This document shows, one piece after another, positions 1-7,961 of a stretch of DNA of 25,858 bases. Every line of letters starts with the position of its first letter. The first letter of the stretch is position 1. A model generated the notes under the pieces. It worked only from the letters and a program-made list of their open reading frames with translations, was not told the DNA's origin and searched no databases. The DNA is taken from positions 1 to 25,858 of the IMG/VR virus record IMGVR_UViG_3300033067_002211; one strand, given 5' to 3'. Position numbers and translations under genes: made by a program. This DNA comes from a virus (taxonomy: Duplodnaviria; Caudoviricetes).

Positions 1-55
1 CCTGATGGAGGCGGAGAAGGCGGAGAATGCGGAGAATGCGGAGGACGACAAATGA
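1..55 (+). CDS. 3' end of a truncated upstream ORF (...LMEAEKAENAENAEDDK*)
   Basis: Frame starting at position 2 is open to TGA 53-55, which overlaps ATG 52 (ATGA coupling). Confidence 0.55.
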   Translation, partial: LMEAEKAENAENAEDDK

Positions 56-228
56 GGGCGCTGTGTCACATCGTGCTGCTGTGGCCGCCGAACGCCGTGC
101 TTCTGGCAGTCGGCGCCCGCAGGCGCTGGCCCGGCTCGTGGCTCGTGTGGGCCGCGACCGTCACGCCGGAGGAGGCTCTTGGGTACGTCTACGCCCTGAA
201 GGCCAACATGAGGAGGAAGAAGGCATGA
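52..228 (+). CDS. Small hypothetical protein, 58 aa (MRALCHIVLLWPPNAV...NMRRKKA)
   Basis: Not in the ORF track; translated by hand. ATGA overlaps at both ends (52-55 and 225-228). Confidence 0.6.
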   Translation: MRALCHIVLLWPPNAVLLAVGARRRWPGSWLVWAATVTPEEALGYVYALKANMRRKKA

Positions 229-545
229 GGCTAAGCGTTATCGCGTGGCTACCGCTGCTGGACAACTACCTGGAGGGCTCGGCGTCGCTTGCGCTGGAGA
301 GACACCTGGAGCAGGGCGCGCACGACAGCATGGCGTTCAGGCTGAGCGACGCGCTGCACGCCGCGTTCGACTGGAAGATGACCGCCGAGGGCGGCGAGTA
401 CTGGGCGACGCTGTGGATGGCGGTGGCGGCGGACGACAACCCGGACGCGCTGGAGGCGGTGAAGCTGATGACCGCGCCCCCGCACGGCACGTCGGACGAC
501 GCCAAGAAGCAGGAAGGAAGAGAAGGAAGGGAGGGAAGACCGTGA
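225..545 (+). CDS. Hypothetical phage protein, 106 aa
   Basis: The ATG at 225 overlaps the previous stop and is a better start than 27. Contains an AFDWxxTxEGxxYW motif of the kind seen in small phage proteins. Confidence 0.7.
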   Translation: MRLSVIAWLPLLDNYLEGSASLALERHLEQGAHDSMAFRLSDALHAAFDWKMTAEGGEYWATLWMAVAADDNPDALEAVKLMTAPPHGTSDDAKKQEGREGREGRP

Positions 546-1138
546 GCGACAGGAGCGACAGGAGGAAGACCCACGTGGAGCCAGGGCTGCCAAAGCCAGA
601 GACCGGTGAGCAGATGTACAAGAGGCCCTTCAAGCCGAAGAAGCACCACATGGACGAGGCCAGGCAGATGCTGCAGGAGGCCGGAGAGACCGACCTGAGC
701 GACGCAAACATCGTGCAGTTCGCCACGGAGCTGGCCAAGATGAGGGTGGTGGACGCGTACTCTGATAACATGAGGCTGATGGACGGCGAGCAGGCGGCCG
801 GCGTGGACAGGCGCACCATATCGTACTGGATGCGCTCGGACCCGTCGTTCAAGGCCAGGATAGATAGGTGCAGGGAGATACTCGTGTGGCGCGCCGAGGA
901 GACGCTCATGCGCAGGCTGGAGCAGGACGACCTGAACGCGGCAATCTTCGTACTGAGGCACCTCAAGAAGGACGTGTACAGCACCGCGGACCAGCAGGAC
1001 AACTTCGACCCCGGCGTGCCGTTCGGCAAGAAGATAAACATAACGGTGAACGTCCCCAGGGAGCTGATGGGCGGCACTGGCACTGAGCCTGTGGACCCCA
1101 AGCTCGTCGACGTCGACGCCAGGGAGGTGAAGATATAA
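542..1138 (+). CDS. terS: Terminase small subunit
   Basis: GTG 542 overlaps the upstream TGA (GTGA). HTH-like AAGVDRRTISYWMRSDPSF and a DLNAAIFVL helix; lies directly before terL. Confidence 0.8.
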   Translation: MSDRSDRRKTHVEPGLPKPETGEQMYKRPFKPKKHHMDEARQMLQEAGETDLSDANIVQFATELAKMRVVDAYSDNMRLMDGEQAAGVDRRTISYWMRSDPSFKARIDRCREILVWRAEETLMRRLEQDDLNAAIFVLRHLKKDVYSTADQQDNFDPGVPFGKKINITVNVPRELMGGTGTEPVDPKLVDVDAREVKI

Positions 1139-1141
1139 GGT

Positions 1142-2536
1142 ATGTACTCGAGGAACAATAACCGCAGGGGCAGTTCCGGCTCCTTCACGGAGGAGATTAA
1201 GCTGGACTTCAGCCCCTCTGTCAAGCAGTACCAGGCGCTCGCCCTCCTGTGGGACAGGACGACCAACTTCGTGGGCTACGGCGGGGCTGCCTTCTCCGGC
1301 AAGAGCTACCTGATGTGCAACTGGCTGGTCGCCAACTGCCTGGTGTACCCGGACACCGCGTGGGGCCTGGGCAGGAGGGAGCTCACCACGCTGAAGAAGA
1401 CCACACTGGTCACTTTCTTCAAGGTGTGCGACGACGCGGGCATGGCGGAGGGCAAGGACTACAGGTACAACCAGCAGCTGAACGTCGTCACGTTCCGCAA
1501 CAGGTCGAAGGTGTACCTCATAGACACAGCGTACAAGCCGAGCGACCCGCTTTACCAGAGGTTCGGCGGCTACGAGCTCACGGGGTGCGCGGTCGACGAG
1601 TCCGCCGAGACCGAGGAGCAGGCCATACAGATACTCTTCACCAGGTGCGGCCGGAGGTACAACCAGAAGTACGGCCTGGCCGCCAAGATGCTGGAGACCT
1701 TCAACCCGAACCGGAACCACGTCTACCGCAGGTACTACAGGCCGTGGGCAGACGGCACGATGCAGCAGACCTACGCGTTCGTCAGGGCGCTTCCCACGGA
1801 TAACCCCAGCCCTGAGGTGGCGGACTACGTGCGCGGCATAGTGGAGAACGCAGACAGGCAGACGGTCGAGCGCCTGATACACGGCAACTTCGAGTACGCC
1901 GAGGACGACGCGATGCTCATAGGACACGCGGACATAGACGCGATGTTCGACAGGCCGGTAGACAGGAACGCGCTGTCCAAGGTCCCAAGGCACGAGCGCT
2001 ACATCACGGTGGACCCGGCGAGGAAGGGCGAGGACGCCACCGCCATAATAGTGTGGTACGGCTGGACCGCGGTCGCCCGCAGGCGCATGCCGGTGTCCAG
2101 GGTCAACGAGGTCGTAGACGAGGTCTCCAGGCTTATGGGCGAGCACGGTGTGGACTCCAGGAACGTCTGCGTGGACACGGACGGAGTGGGCGGCGGCGTC
2201 GCCGACTACCTGCCGGGCTGCCTAGAGTTCGTCAACAACGCCAGGCCGTACAGGGGCGAGAACTTCGAGAACGCCAAGAGCCAGTGCTACTACAGGCTGG
2301 CCAAGGAGATTGGCACGGTCTCTTTCCCGGACGCCACAGCGCAGGAGCGCGAGCAGGTGAGGGAGGAGCTGTCCTGGGTGAGGGCGAAGGCGCTGCTCGC
2401 GGAGGGCAAGAAGGGCGTGGTGCCGAAGGACCACGTCAAGAAGATGATAGGCCGGTCCCCGGACTGGTCGGACGCCATGATGATGAGGTGCGCGTTCGAG
2501 TACAGGGGCAGCGGCGGCGACGTGTACTTCGCGTGA
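1142..2536 (+). CDS. terL: Terminase large subunit
   Basis: Walker A YGGAAFSGKS, Walker B CAVDES, TFNP coupling motif, RNase H-like nuclease motifs ITVDPARKGED, DTDGVGGGVAD and SPDWSDA. Confidence 0.95.
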   Translation: MYSRNNNRRGSSGSFTEEIKLDFSPSVKQYQALALLWDRTTNFVGYGGAAFSGKSYLMCNWLVANCLVYPDTAWGLGRRELTTLKKTTLVTFFKVCDDAGMAEGKDYRYNQQLNVVTFRNRSKVYLIDTAYKPSDPLYQRFGGYELTGCAVDESAETEEQAIQILFTRCGRRYNQKYGLAAKMLETFNPNRNHVYRRYYRPWADGTMQQTYAFVRALPTDNPSPEVADYVRGIVENADRQTVERLIHGNFEYAEDDAMLIGHADIDAMFDRPVDRNALSKVPRHERYITVDPARKGEDATAIIVWYGWTAVARRRMPVSRVNEVVDEVSRLMGEHGVDSRNVCVDTDGVGGGVADYLPGCLEFVNNARPYRGENFENAKSQCYYRLAKEIGTVSFPDATAQEREQVREELSWVRAKALLAEGKKGVVPKDHVKKMIGRSPDWSDAMMMRCAFEYRGSGGDVYFA

Positions 2537-2548
2537 GCGGGCGCGTCG

Positions 2549-2583
2549 CACAACAACACAACACAACACAACACAAAAAAAAC
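2549..2583 (+). repeat. A/C-only leader with (ACACA)n repeats before the chaperone ATG
   Basis: CACAACAACACAACACAACACAACACAAAAAAAAC: 35 nt with no G or T in a GC-rich context. Confidence 0.85.
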
Positions 2584-2584
2584 G

Positions 2585-3220
2585 ATGGAAAACAACAACA
2601 TAAGACTGGAGATGCCCACCGGGTGGGACGGGGTCACGATAGCGCAGTGGCAGGAGCTCAACCAGCTAGCGGCGGAGGACTACGACAACGACGTGAAGCT
2701 GCTAATAGACCAGCTGTCGGTGCTGCTAGACGCGGACAGCGACGTGGTCAGGAGGCTGCCGCTGGAGACTGTGACGGAGATGGGAAGGGTGATAGCCGGG
2801 TTCGACGACGCCCAGCTGCAGGGGCACAGGGGCTCCATAGAGGTGGGCGGGGTCGAGCGCAGGATTGTACCGGACCTAAAGGACCTTACGTTCGGCGAGT
2901 GGGTCGACCTGGACGGCTTGGTAAAGGAGCCGGTGGCGAACATGCACAGGATAGTCAGCGTCCTCTACAGGCCAGTGGCCGAGACCAGGAGGGACGGCAG
3001 CTACAGGCTTGAGGAGTACGACTCCGACGAGTCGGGCAGGGCTGCGGCTGTCATAAGGGACAGCGTGACGATAGACTGCGTGTACGGCGTACTGGTTTTT
3101 TTTTACGCCATCGAGAACGAGTTTACGGGAGCTTTGCAAACCTACTTGGGGCAGATGGCGAGGACGGGGACGCGGAAGAGCTGGGCCAGGAGACGCCCGA
3201 GGACAGGGAGAGACGACTGA
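2585..3220 (+). CDS. Tail assembly chaperone, short (G-like) form, 211 aa
   Basis: PTGWDGVTIAQWQ and DLTFGEWVDLD motifs; ends shortly after an LVFF-coding slippery T-run. Confidence 0.75.
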   Translation: MENNNIRLEMPTGWDGVTIAQWQELNQLAAEDYDNDVKLLIDQLSVLLDADSDVVRRLPLETVTEMGRVIAGFDDAQLQGHRGSIEVGGVERRIVPDLKDLTFGEWVDLDGLVKEPVANMHRIVSVLYRPVAETRRDGSYRLEEYDSDESGRAAAVIRDSVTIDCVYGVLVFFYAIENEFTGALQTYLGQMARTGTRKSWARRRPRTGRDD

Positions 3221-3429
3221 GGGAGGAGGCGGCCGAGAGGGAGCGCAACGAGAAGTGGGCGTGGTTCGGGATGCTGCACAGACTGGCCGGCGGCGACCCT
3301 ACCAGGTACGAGGCGGTCACCAAACTAAATTTCGTGCTCTGCATGAACACTCTTGCGTACGAGAAGAGCTACAACATAGTGCCGCGCGTGAGGGGCTTCC
3401 AGAACGCGCCGGACGCCGCGCGTATATAA
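2585..3429 (+). CDS. Tail assembly chaperone, -1 frameshifted long (GT-like) form, about 281 aa
   Basis: After GTT TTT TTT (3095-3103) the -1 frame is open from 3103 to TAA 3427-3429 and reads LRHRERVYGSFANLLGADGED...EKWAWFGMLHRLAGGDPTRYEAVTKLNFVLCMNTLAYEK... Confidence 0.8.
3094..3105 (+). other. Programmed -1 ribosomal frameshift site GGTTTTTTTTTA
   Basis: Nine-T run containing in-phase X XXY YYZ heptamers (T TTT TTT), anomalous in GC-rich coding DNA. Confidence 0.8.
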
Positions 3430-3430
3430 C
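3420..3430 (+). promoter_or_regulatory. Putative late promoter motif GCGTATATAAC, copy 1
   Basis: Recurs at six gene starts; 8 nt separate TATATA from ATG 3437. Confidence 0.7.
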
Positions 3431-3436
3431 CCAGGC

Positions 3437-5875
3437 ATGATAACCTACAACCAGATAATAGAGCTCCTGCGTAATGTGGCGCTGGCGCACAGACAGATAG
3501 AGACTTTCAACGCCGGCCAGGTGTGGGAGATTGAGACGGAGCTCGAGAGCAACAGGCGCTTCCCCAAACTGTGGGCAGCGCCTGTGTCCAGCACCGTCAG
3601 GGGCAACATAGTCACCAACAGGTTCAACCTGCTGTGCTTCGACCTCGTGCAGAAGGGCGGAGGCAACCAGGACGAGGTGCTGAGCGACACGCAGCAGTGC
3701 CTGTACGACGTCATAAAGGTGCTCAAGAACCACGCCGGCGAGCAGTTCGACGTGACCGGCAACCCGCAGCTGCTGCCTTTCAAGGAGAGCTTCGGCGACT
3801 GGGTCTCGGGCTGGAGGGCGGAAGTCGACATAGTGACGGTTTTCAACGAGGCCGGCTGCGACGTGCCGATAGACGACTTCATGATTCCCGAAAGCGGCGA
3901 CGGTCTCGGACCTGCATTCACATGGCTCAGGTGCGACACGCTCGCGTCCTGCGTCACGTTCCAGGAGCTCGAGGCTAGGGTGGACGCGCTTGAGGTGTTT
4001 GCCGGCGTTCCCACTTCTAGGATTCTGTCAATAAACGGCACCTCCTACGACCTTTCGCAGGACAGGTCGTGGACAGTCGGTGATGTCAGGACGGACTCCA
4101 CGTACTCCGACCCGACGTGGCTTTCTGCGCTGGCGTGGTCCAAGCTTACAGGCGTACCGCAGGACCTCACAGACATAGCGGCGCTGGCCGGCTCTGGTCT
4201 TTTAAAATTCGATGGCACAGACTGGGTGTTCGACACAAACACGTACGCGACCACGTCGATGCTATCTGGATACCAGCCGATAGACGCAGACCTGACGGCC
4301 ATAGCTGCGCTGACAGGAGTTTCTGGACTGCTGCGAACCGACGGTGTAGGCGGTTGGACAATAGACACCAGCGTATATTTGACATCTTACGCCGAGACTG
4401 ACCCCGTTTTCATTGCCTCTGCAGCGTACGGCATAACTGGAACACAGATAACAAACTGGGACACGGCGTATGGCTGGGGCAACCACGCTTCTGCGGGGTA
4501 CCTTACGTCTTTTACCGAAACCGACCCGGTGTTTGTTGCGTCGGCGGCTTACGGGATAACCAATACAAACGTCTCCAACTGGGACACGGCGTATGGCTGG
4601 GGCAACCACGCTTCGGCGGGGTACCAACCTGGAGACGCAGACCTCACCGCCATAGCGGCACTTTCTACCACGGGTTTTGCCAGGAGGACGGCCGCCAACA
4701 CGTGGACGGCCGCCGCCATATCTCACACAGATTTGGGCAGCGGTTACACGTCGGGCACGATGTACCTGAGCTACAACGGAAGCACCCTGACCTGGACGAC
4801 TGTCACAGGCGGCACCGGTTTCACCGTCGGCACAACGACCATAGCGTCTGGCGCGTCTGGGCGCGTGCTGTTTGAAAGCTCCGGCGTGCTGCAGGAGAGC
4901 GCGGACTTCAACTGGTCTACCGGTAATTCTAGACTTGGACTTGGCACGTCTTCGCCAGCAGCCAGACTGAACGTCATGGGTGCGAGCAACGACATAGCAG
5001 GGGGTATAAGCATAGCCACCACAGGATTCAGCACAGACTGGCGTATATACGCGTCTGACACTGGCGCGTATAGCAGCGGTTCGAGCCTGTTCATCGGCGG
5101 CAACTCCTCAGGCAAGGAGTTCTGGGTAGGCGGATGGGGTACCGGCATAGCTAACCTCTTCAAATCTCCGACGCCTTCTTCTGGCGCCATACCTATAGTC
5201 GCGGCTGGCGCCAGCGGTCAGTCCGTCGACTACTTCCAGATTAGGACTACGACTGCTGCTTCTGACGGAGACATTTTTGCAGTGTCGTCTCTTGGTAAGG
5301 TCGGCATCATGAACTCTACACCATCTGCCCTACTCACGTTGGGCAAGGCTGGGACCATCGCCGGCACGCTCTCGCTGGCAGGCGGCACCTCCGGCGTCGT
5401 GACGATTCAGACCGCCGCGGCGGCCGGTACCTACACGCTTACGCTTCCGACGACTGACGGCAACGCGGACGAGGTGCTGAAGACAGACGGCAGCGGAGCG
5501 CTTTCTTGGACGGCGCAGGACAAGACTGTAGTGTTCCAGCTGTCGGCGTCGGACCTCACAACCGACCTCACCACAGGCGCGGCGAAGGCGTACTTCAGGG
5601 CACCTCACGCGTTCACATTGACGGCCGTGCGGGCGTCCCTTGCGACGGCGCAGTCGTCCGGTAGCATCCTGACCGTTGACATAAACGAGAACGGTACGTC
5701 GGTGCTGTCCACAAAGCTGACGGTAGACAACAGCGAGAAGACCAGCACTACGGCCGCGACTCCGGCGGTGATTTCTGACTCGGCCATAGCCGACGACGCG
5801 GAGATAACTATAGACATAGACCAGGCCGGAACCGGGGCCAAGGGTCTTGTCGTAACCCTCATAGGAACAAGATAA
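3437..5875 (+). CDS. Tail-terminator-like N-terminal domain fused to a long fibre, 812 aa
   Basis: First ~150 aa are a globular neck/terminator-type domain (FPKLWAAP, DEVLSDTQQCLYDVI, PFKESFGDWVSGW). A short coiled coil follows, then G/T/S/A-rich fibre repeats (DADLTAIAAL, ETDPVF...NWDTAYGWGNH, LGLGTSSP) and a beta-sandwich C-terminus. Confidence 0.7.
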   Translation: MITYNQIIELLRNVALAHRQIETFNAGQVWEIETELESNRRFPKLWAAPVSSTVRGNIVTNRFNLLCFDLVQKGGGNQDEVLSDTQQCLYDVIKVLKNHAGEQFDVTGNPQLLPFKESFGDWVSGWRAEVDIVTVFNEAGCDVPIDDFMIPESGDGLGPAFTWLRCDTLASCVTFQELEARVDALEVFAGVPTSRILSINGTSYDLSQDRSWTVGDVRTDSTYSDPTWLSALAWSKLTGVPQDLTDIAALAGSGLLKFDGTDWVFDTNTYATTSMLSGYQPIDADLTAIAALTGVSGLLRTDGVGGWTIDTSVYLTSYAETDPVFIASAAYGITGTQITNWDTAYGWGNHASAGYLTSFTETDPVFVASAAYGITNTNVSNWDTAYGWGNHASAGYQPGDADLTAIAALSTTGFARRTAANTWTAAAISHTDLGSGYTSGTMYLSYNGSTLTWTTVTGGTGFTVGTTTIASGASGRVLFESSGVLQESADFNWSTGNSRLGLGTSSPAARLNVMGASNDIAGGISIATTGFSTDWRIYASDTGAYSSGSSLFIGGNSSGKEFWVGGWGTGIANLFKSPTPSSGAIPIVAAGASGQSVDYFQIRTTTAASDGDIFAVSSLGKVGIMNSTPSALLTLGKAGTIAGTLSLAGGTSGVVTIQTAAAAGTYTLTLPTTDGNADEVLKTDGSGALSWTAQDKTVVFQLSASDLTTDLTTGAAKAYFRAPHAFTLTAVRASLATAQSSGSILTVDINENGTSVLSTKLTVDNSEKTSTTAATPAVISDSAIADDAEITIDIDQAGTGAKGLVVTLIGTR
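4394..4625 (+). repeat. 123-nt (41-aa) tandem repeat in the fibre gene
   Basis: ETDPVF...NWDTAYGWGNHASAGY occurs twice; 4454-4502 and 4577-4625 match at 48 of 49 nt. Confidence 0.9.
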
Positions 5876-7632
5876 TGGCACCGTATCTAATCAACCCGTA
5901 CTGGTTTCAACCACTATCCAAGATAGGCGCAGATGGCGCCTGGGCTTTTTATGAACTACCAGCTCCTACTATACTTCCTAGTTCCTACACCGGCCCCCTG
6001 TTTAGGGCAAGACGCAGCAGTGATAACGCGGTCTCTGATTTTTACCAGGGCGCATCTATAGGTAAGTATAATACCGTACGGGGAGGTGGTGGAACAAGTT
6101 TAATCTCTTGGCTTGGCGCATCTGCTGCTGGGTTCATAGTGAAGGTGTACGACCAAGTTGGTTCAAACGATTTAACTCAATCAAATGCGGGTAAGCAACC
6201 GGTGTTTTACGATTTAGGTACTTCAGCTAGTCTTTTCAACAACAGATACCTTGAAGGGCCTGGGCCTGCGAATAACGTAGACAATACAGTGCTTGCAATA
6301 CTCGCAGGTACTGTTTCAGGCTCGATGGATTTTACAACCCCCCTTGAAACCTATAATAAGAACTACGAGTTCATATCAATAAGTGGTAAGAGCAATATAG
6401 GACATACAGGGATAGTGGCAGGTAACACCGCCAATTTTCAGCCATATACACCGCTACACTGGTCAGATGGTAATGTTTACTTCTCAGACCAAGCTAACTA
6501 CATAGGTTACTACGAGAGTGTAATAAACGCTAAGATTCTGTCCGGAAAAAATGTTAGCGGTTCTAAAACACTAAGAATGAACGGCGTAACAAAATCGCCG
6601 ACAGTATCTGGGTCTAACTCTGGTAGTGCTTCTGATAAGATAAACATATTTTTGGGAGGGATACTAAATGGTACCTCCGGAACAAGGTGGGCGCAAGCTC
6701 TCGTAATGTTTACTGACGGTGCTTATAACCAGGCTGCCGTGGAACTGGAATTATCACAGTCTAACCAAGTGCAGCTTGATGATTTGAATATAGTTCCAAA
6801 GGTGCTTGACTATGCTCTGGATGCTGTGGTGGCCTATGCCCTGGTTGAGTTAAACAGTAACTACACGGGACCGGTTTGCAGACTTAGGAGGCTCGGAGAT
6901 AACGTGGGGGCCGATTTTTATCAGGGTGCAACCGCAGGGACTTTGAATACCGTAAGGGGTGGCGGAGGCACTGATGCGCTAACTTGGGTGAATCAGGGCG
7001 GTGGTACTGGAGTAGCTACTGTAAGTAAGCTCTACGACCAAAGTGGAAACGGTAATCATGCAGGCCAGACTACTGCAGCTAACCAGGCAGGGATAATAGA
7101 CTCTAGTGTCTACACCAATACATTAAACAATCTACCCACTCTAACCCTGTTGAGTGGTACTTATTATACATTGGATACGCCAATATCTTGCGTGGAGACT
7201 TGGAGCAGTGCGTTCATAGGTAAGAGAAGAACATCCAGCGTAGTTCTGATGGCTTTGGCTGACGATACGACTATAAACTCAAACAACTGCTATTCTGCCA
7301 TACACTACTTAGATGACAGGATGTATTTCAGGTCTTCGGCGGGCTACCACAATACAGATGTAAAAACCTTTTCTGACCATAAACTGTATTTCTCGGTCAG
7401 AAACTCTACCAACAGTTCTGCCTATACGGATAACGTGCAAGAAATTACGTATAGGACTTCGCTTAGTGGGTCCACTACATTTACAACTTTATTCAGAAGG
7501 GCTATGAGCAATCTGAGTACCTTCGAGTATTCAGATGGACAAGCACAGGCTGTAATACTCTGGAGGAAGGATAAAAATTGGCAGGCAGACTGGATAAACA
7601 GAAAATTAAACCAAATATATGGCACATTTTAA
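5875..7632 (+). CDS. Putative carbohydrate/receptor-binding protein with two tandem concanavalin-like (arabinofuranosidase-B/GH54-like) domains
   Basis: Duplicated motif set YTGPxxRxRRxxDNxxxDFYQGAxxGxxNTVRGGGGT...KxYDQxGxN...QxxAxxQ; low GC; TAATG coupling to the fibre gene. Confidence 0.7.
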   Translation: MAPYLINPYWFQPLSKIGADGAWAFYELPAPTILPSSYTGPLFRARRSSDNAVSDFYQGASIGKYNTVRGGGGTSLISWLGASAAGFIVKVYDQVGSNDLTQSNAGKQPVFYDLGTSASLFNNRYLEGPGPANNVDNTVLAILAGTVSGSMDFTTPLETYNKNYEFISISGKSNIGHTGIVAGNTANFQPYTPLHWSDGNVYFSDQANYIGYYESVINAKILSGKNVSGSKTLRMNGVTKSPTVSGSNSGSASDKINIFLGGILNGTSGTRWAQALVMFTDGAYNQAAVELELSQSNQVQLDDLNIVPKVLDYALDAVVAYALVELNSNYTGPVCRLRRLGDNVGADFYQGATAGTLNTVRGGGGTDALTWVNQGGGTGVATVSKLYDQSGNGNHAGQTTAANQAGIIDSSVYTNTLNNLPTLTLLSGTYYTLDTPISCVETWSSAFIGKRRTSSVVLMALADDTTINSNNCYSAIHYLDDRMYFRSSAGYHNTDVKTFSDHKLYFSVRNSTNSSAYTDNVQEITYRTSLSGSTTFTTLFRRAMSNLSTFEYSDGQAQAVILWRKDKNWQADWINRKLNQIYGTF

Positions 7633-7948
7633 AATAGATAGCGAAGTATCAGCTGAAAAGCTGAGCAGGGACATGTACAGTATAATGAATCCGGGTGACG
7701 ATAGCGTCACGCACTTGTTTCCGTGGGGTACAGATAAAAATGGCCAGCCCTATATAGAAGTTGACTTGAATATGGAGTGTCCGATTTACGTTAACGAGAA
7801 CTTTCAAAAAGTACTCAATGAGGTAGGGGCGATGCTAGGCATAGAATCAGCCACTGAGGGTAGGGCACTCGTTGTGCTTGGAAACTTGATACCCAGTACT
7901 TTGGAGGAGTTTACGCCTGAATTTGAGGTATTCTCAAAACCCTTTTAA
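7619..7948 (+). CDS. Hypothetical acidic protein, possibly a fibre-tip partner or chaperone, 109 aa
   Basis: Overlaps the upstream gene by 14 nt and shares its low GC. Confidence 0.7.
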   Translation: MAHFKIDSEVSAEKLSRDMYSIMNPGDDSVTHLFPWGTDKNGQPYIEVDLNMECPIYVNENFQKVLNEVGAMLGIESATEGRALVVLGNLIPSTLEEFTPEFEVFSKPF

Positions 7949-7961
7949 AAATGGATAATGG

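Noticed and set aside
245-541. N-terminal extension of terS (also the extended starts at 27, 16798, 20403 and 22221)
   Set aside because: Each overlaps a better-supported gene or promoter motif; coupled or motif-adjacent starts lie downstream.
1105-1118. 14-bp palindrome CGTCGACGTCGACG near the terS 3' end as a pac/cos site
   Set aside because: Explained by GTC GAC GTC GAC (VDVD) codons; a similar near-palindrome occurs around 13352.
266-2146. 626-aa minus-strand ORF and the many other antisense or alternate-frame ORFs
   Set aside because: Shadow frames of GC-rich genes with no recognisable motifs, fully overlapping terS/terL and other clear genes.
4454-4625. Near-identical repeat pair as a DGR template/variable repeat
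   Set aside because: Both copies are tandem and in frame, differences are not adenine-specific, and no reverse transcriptase is in the window.
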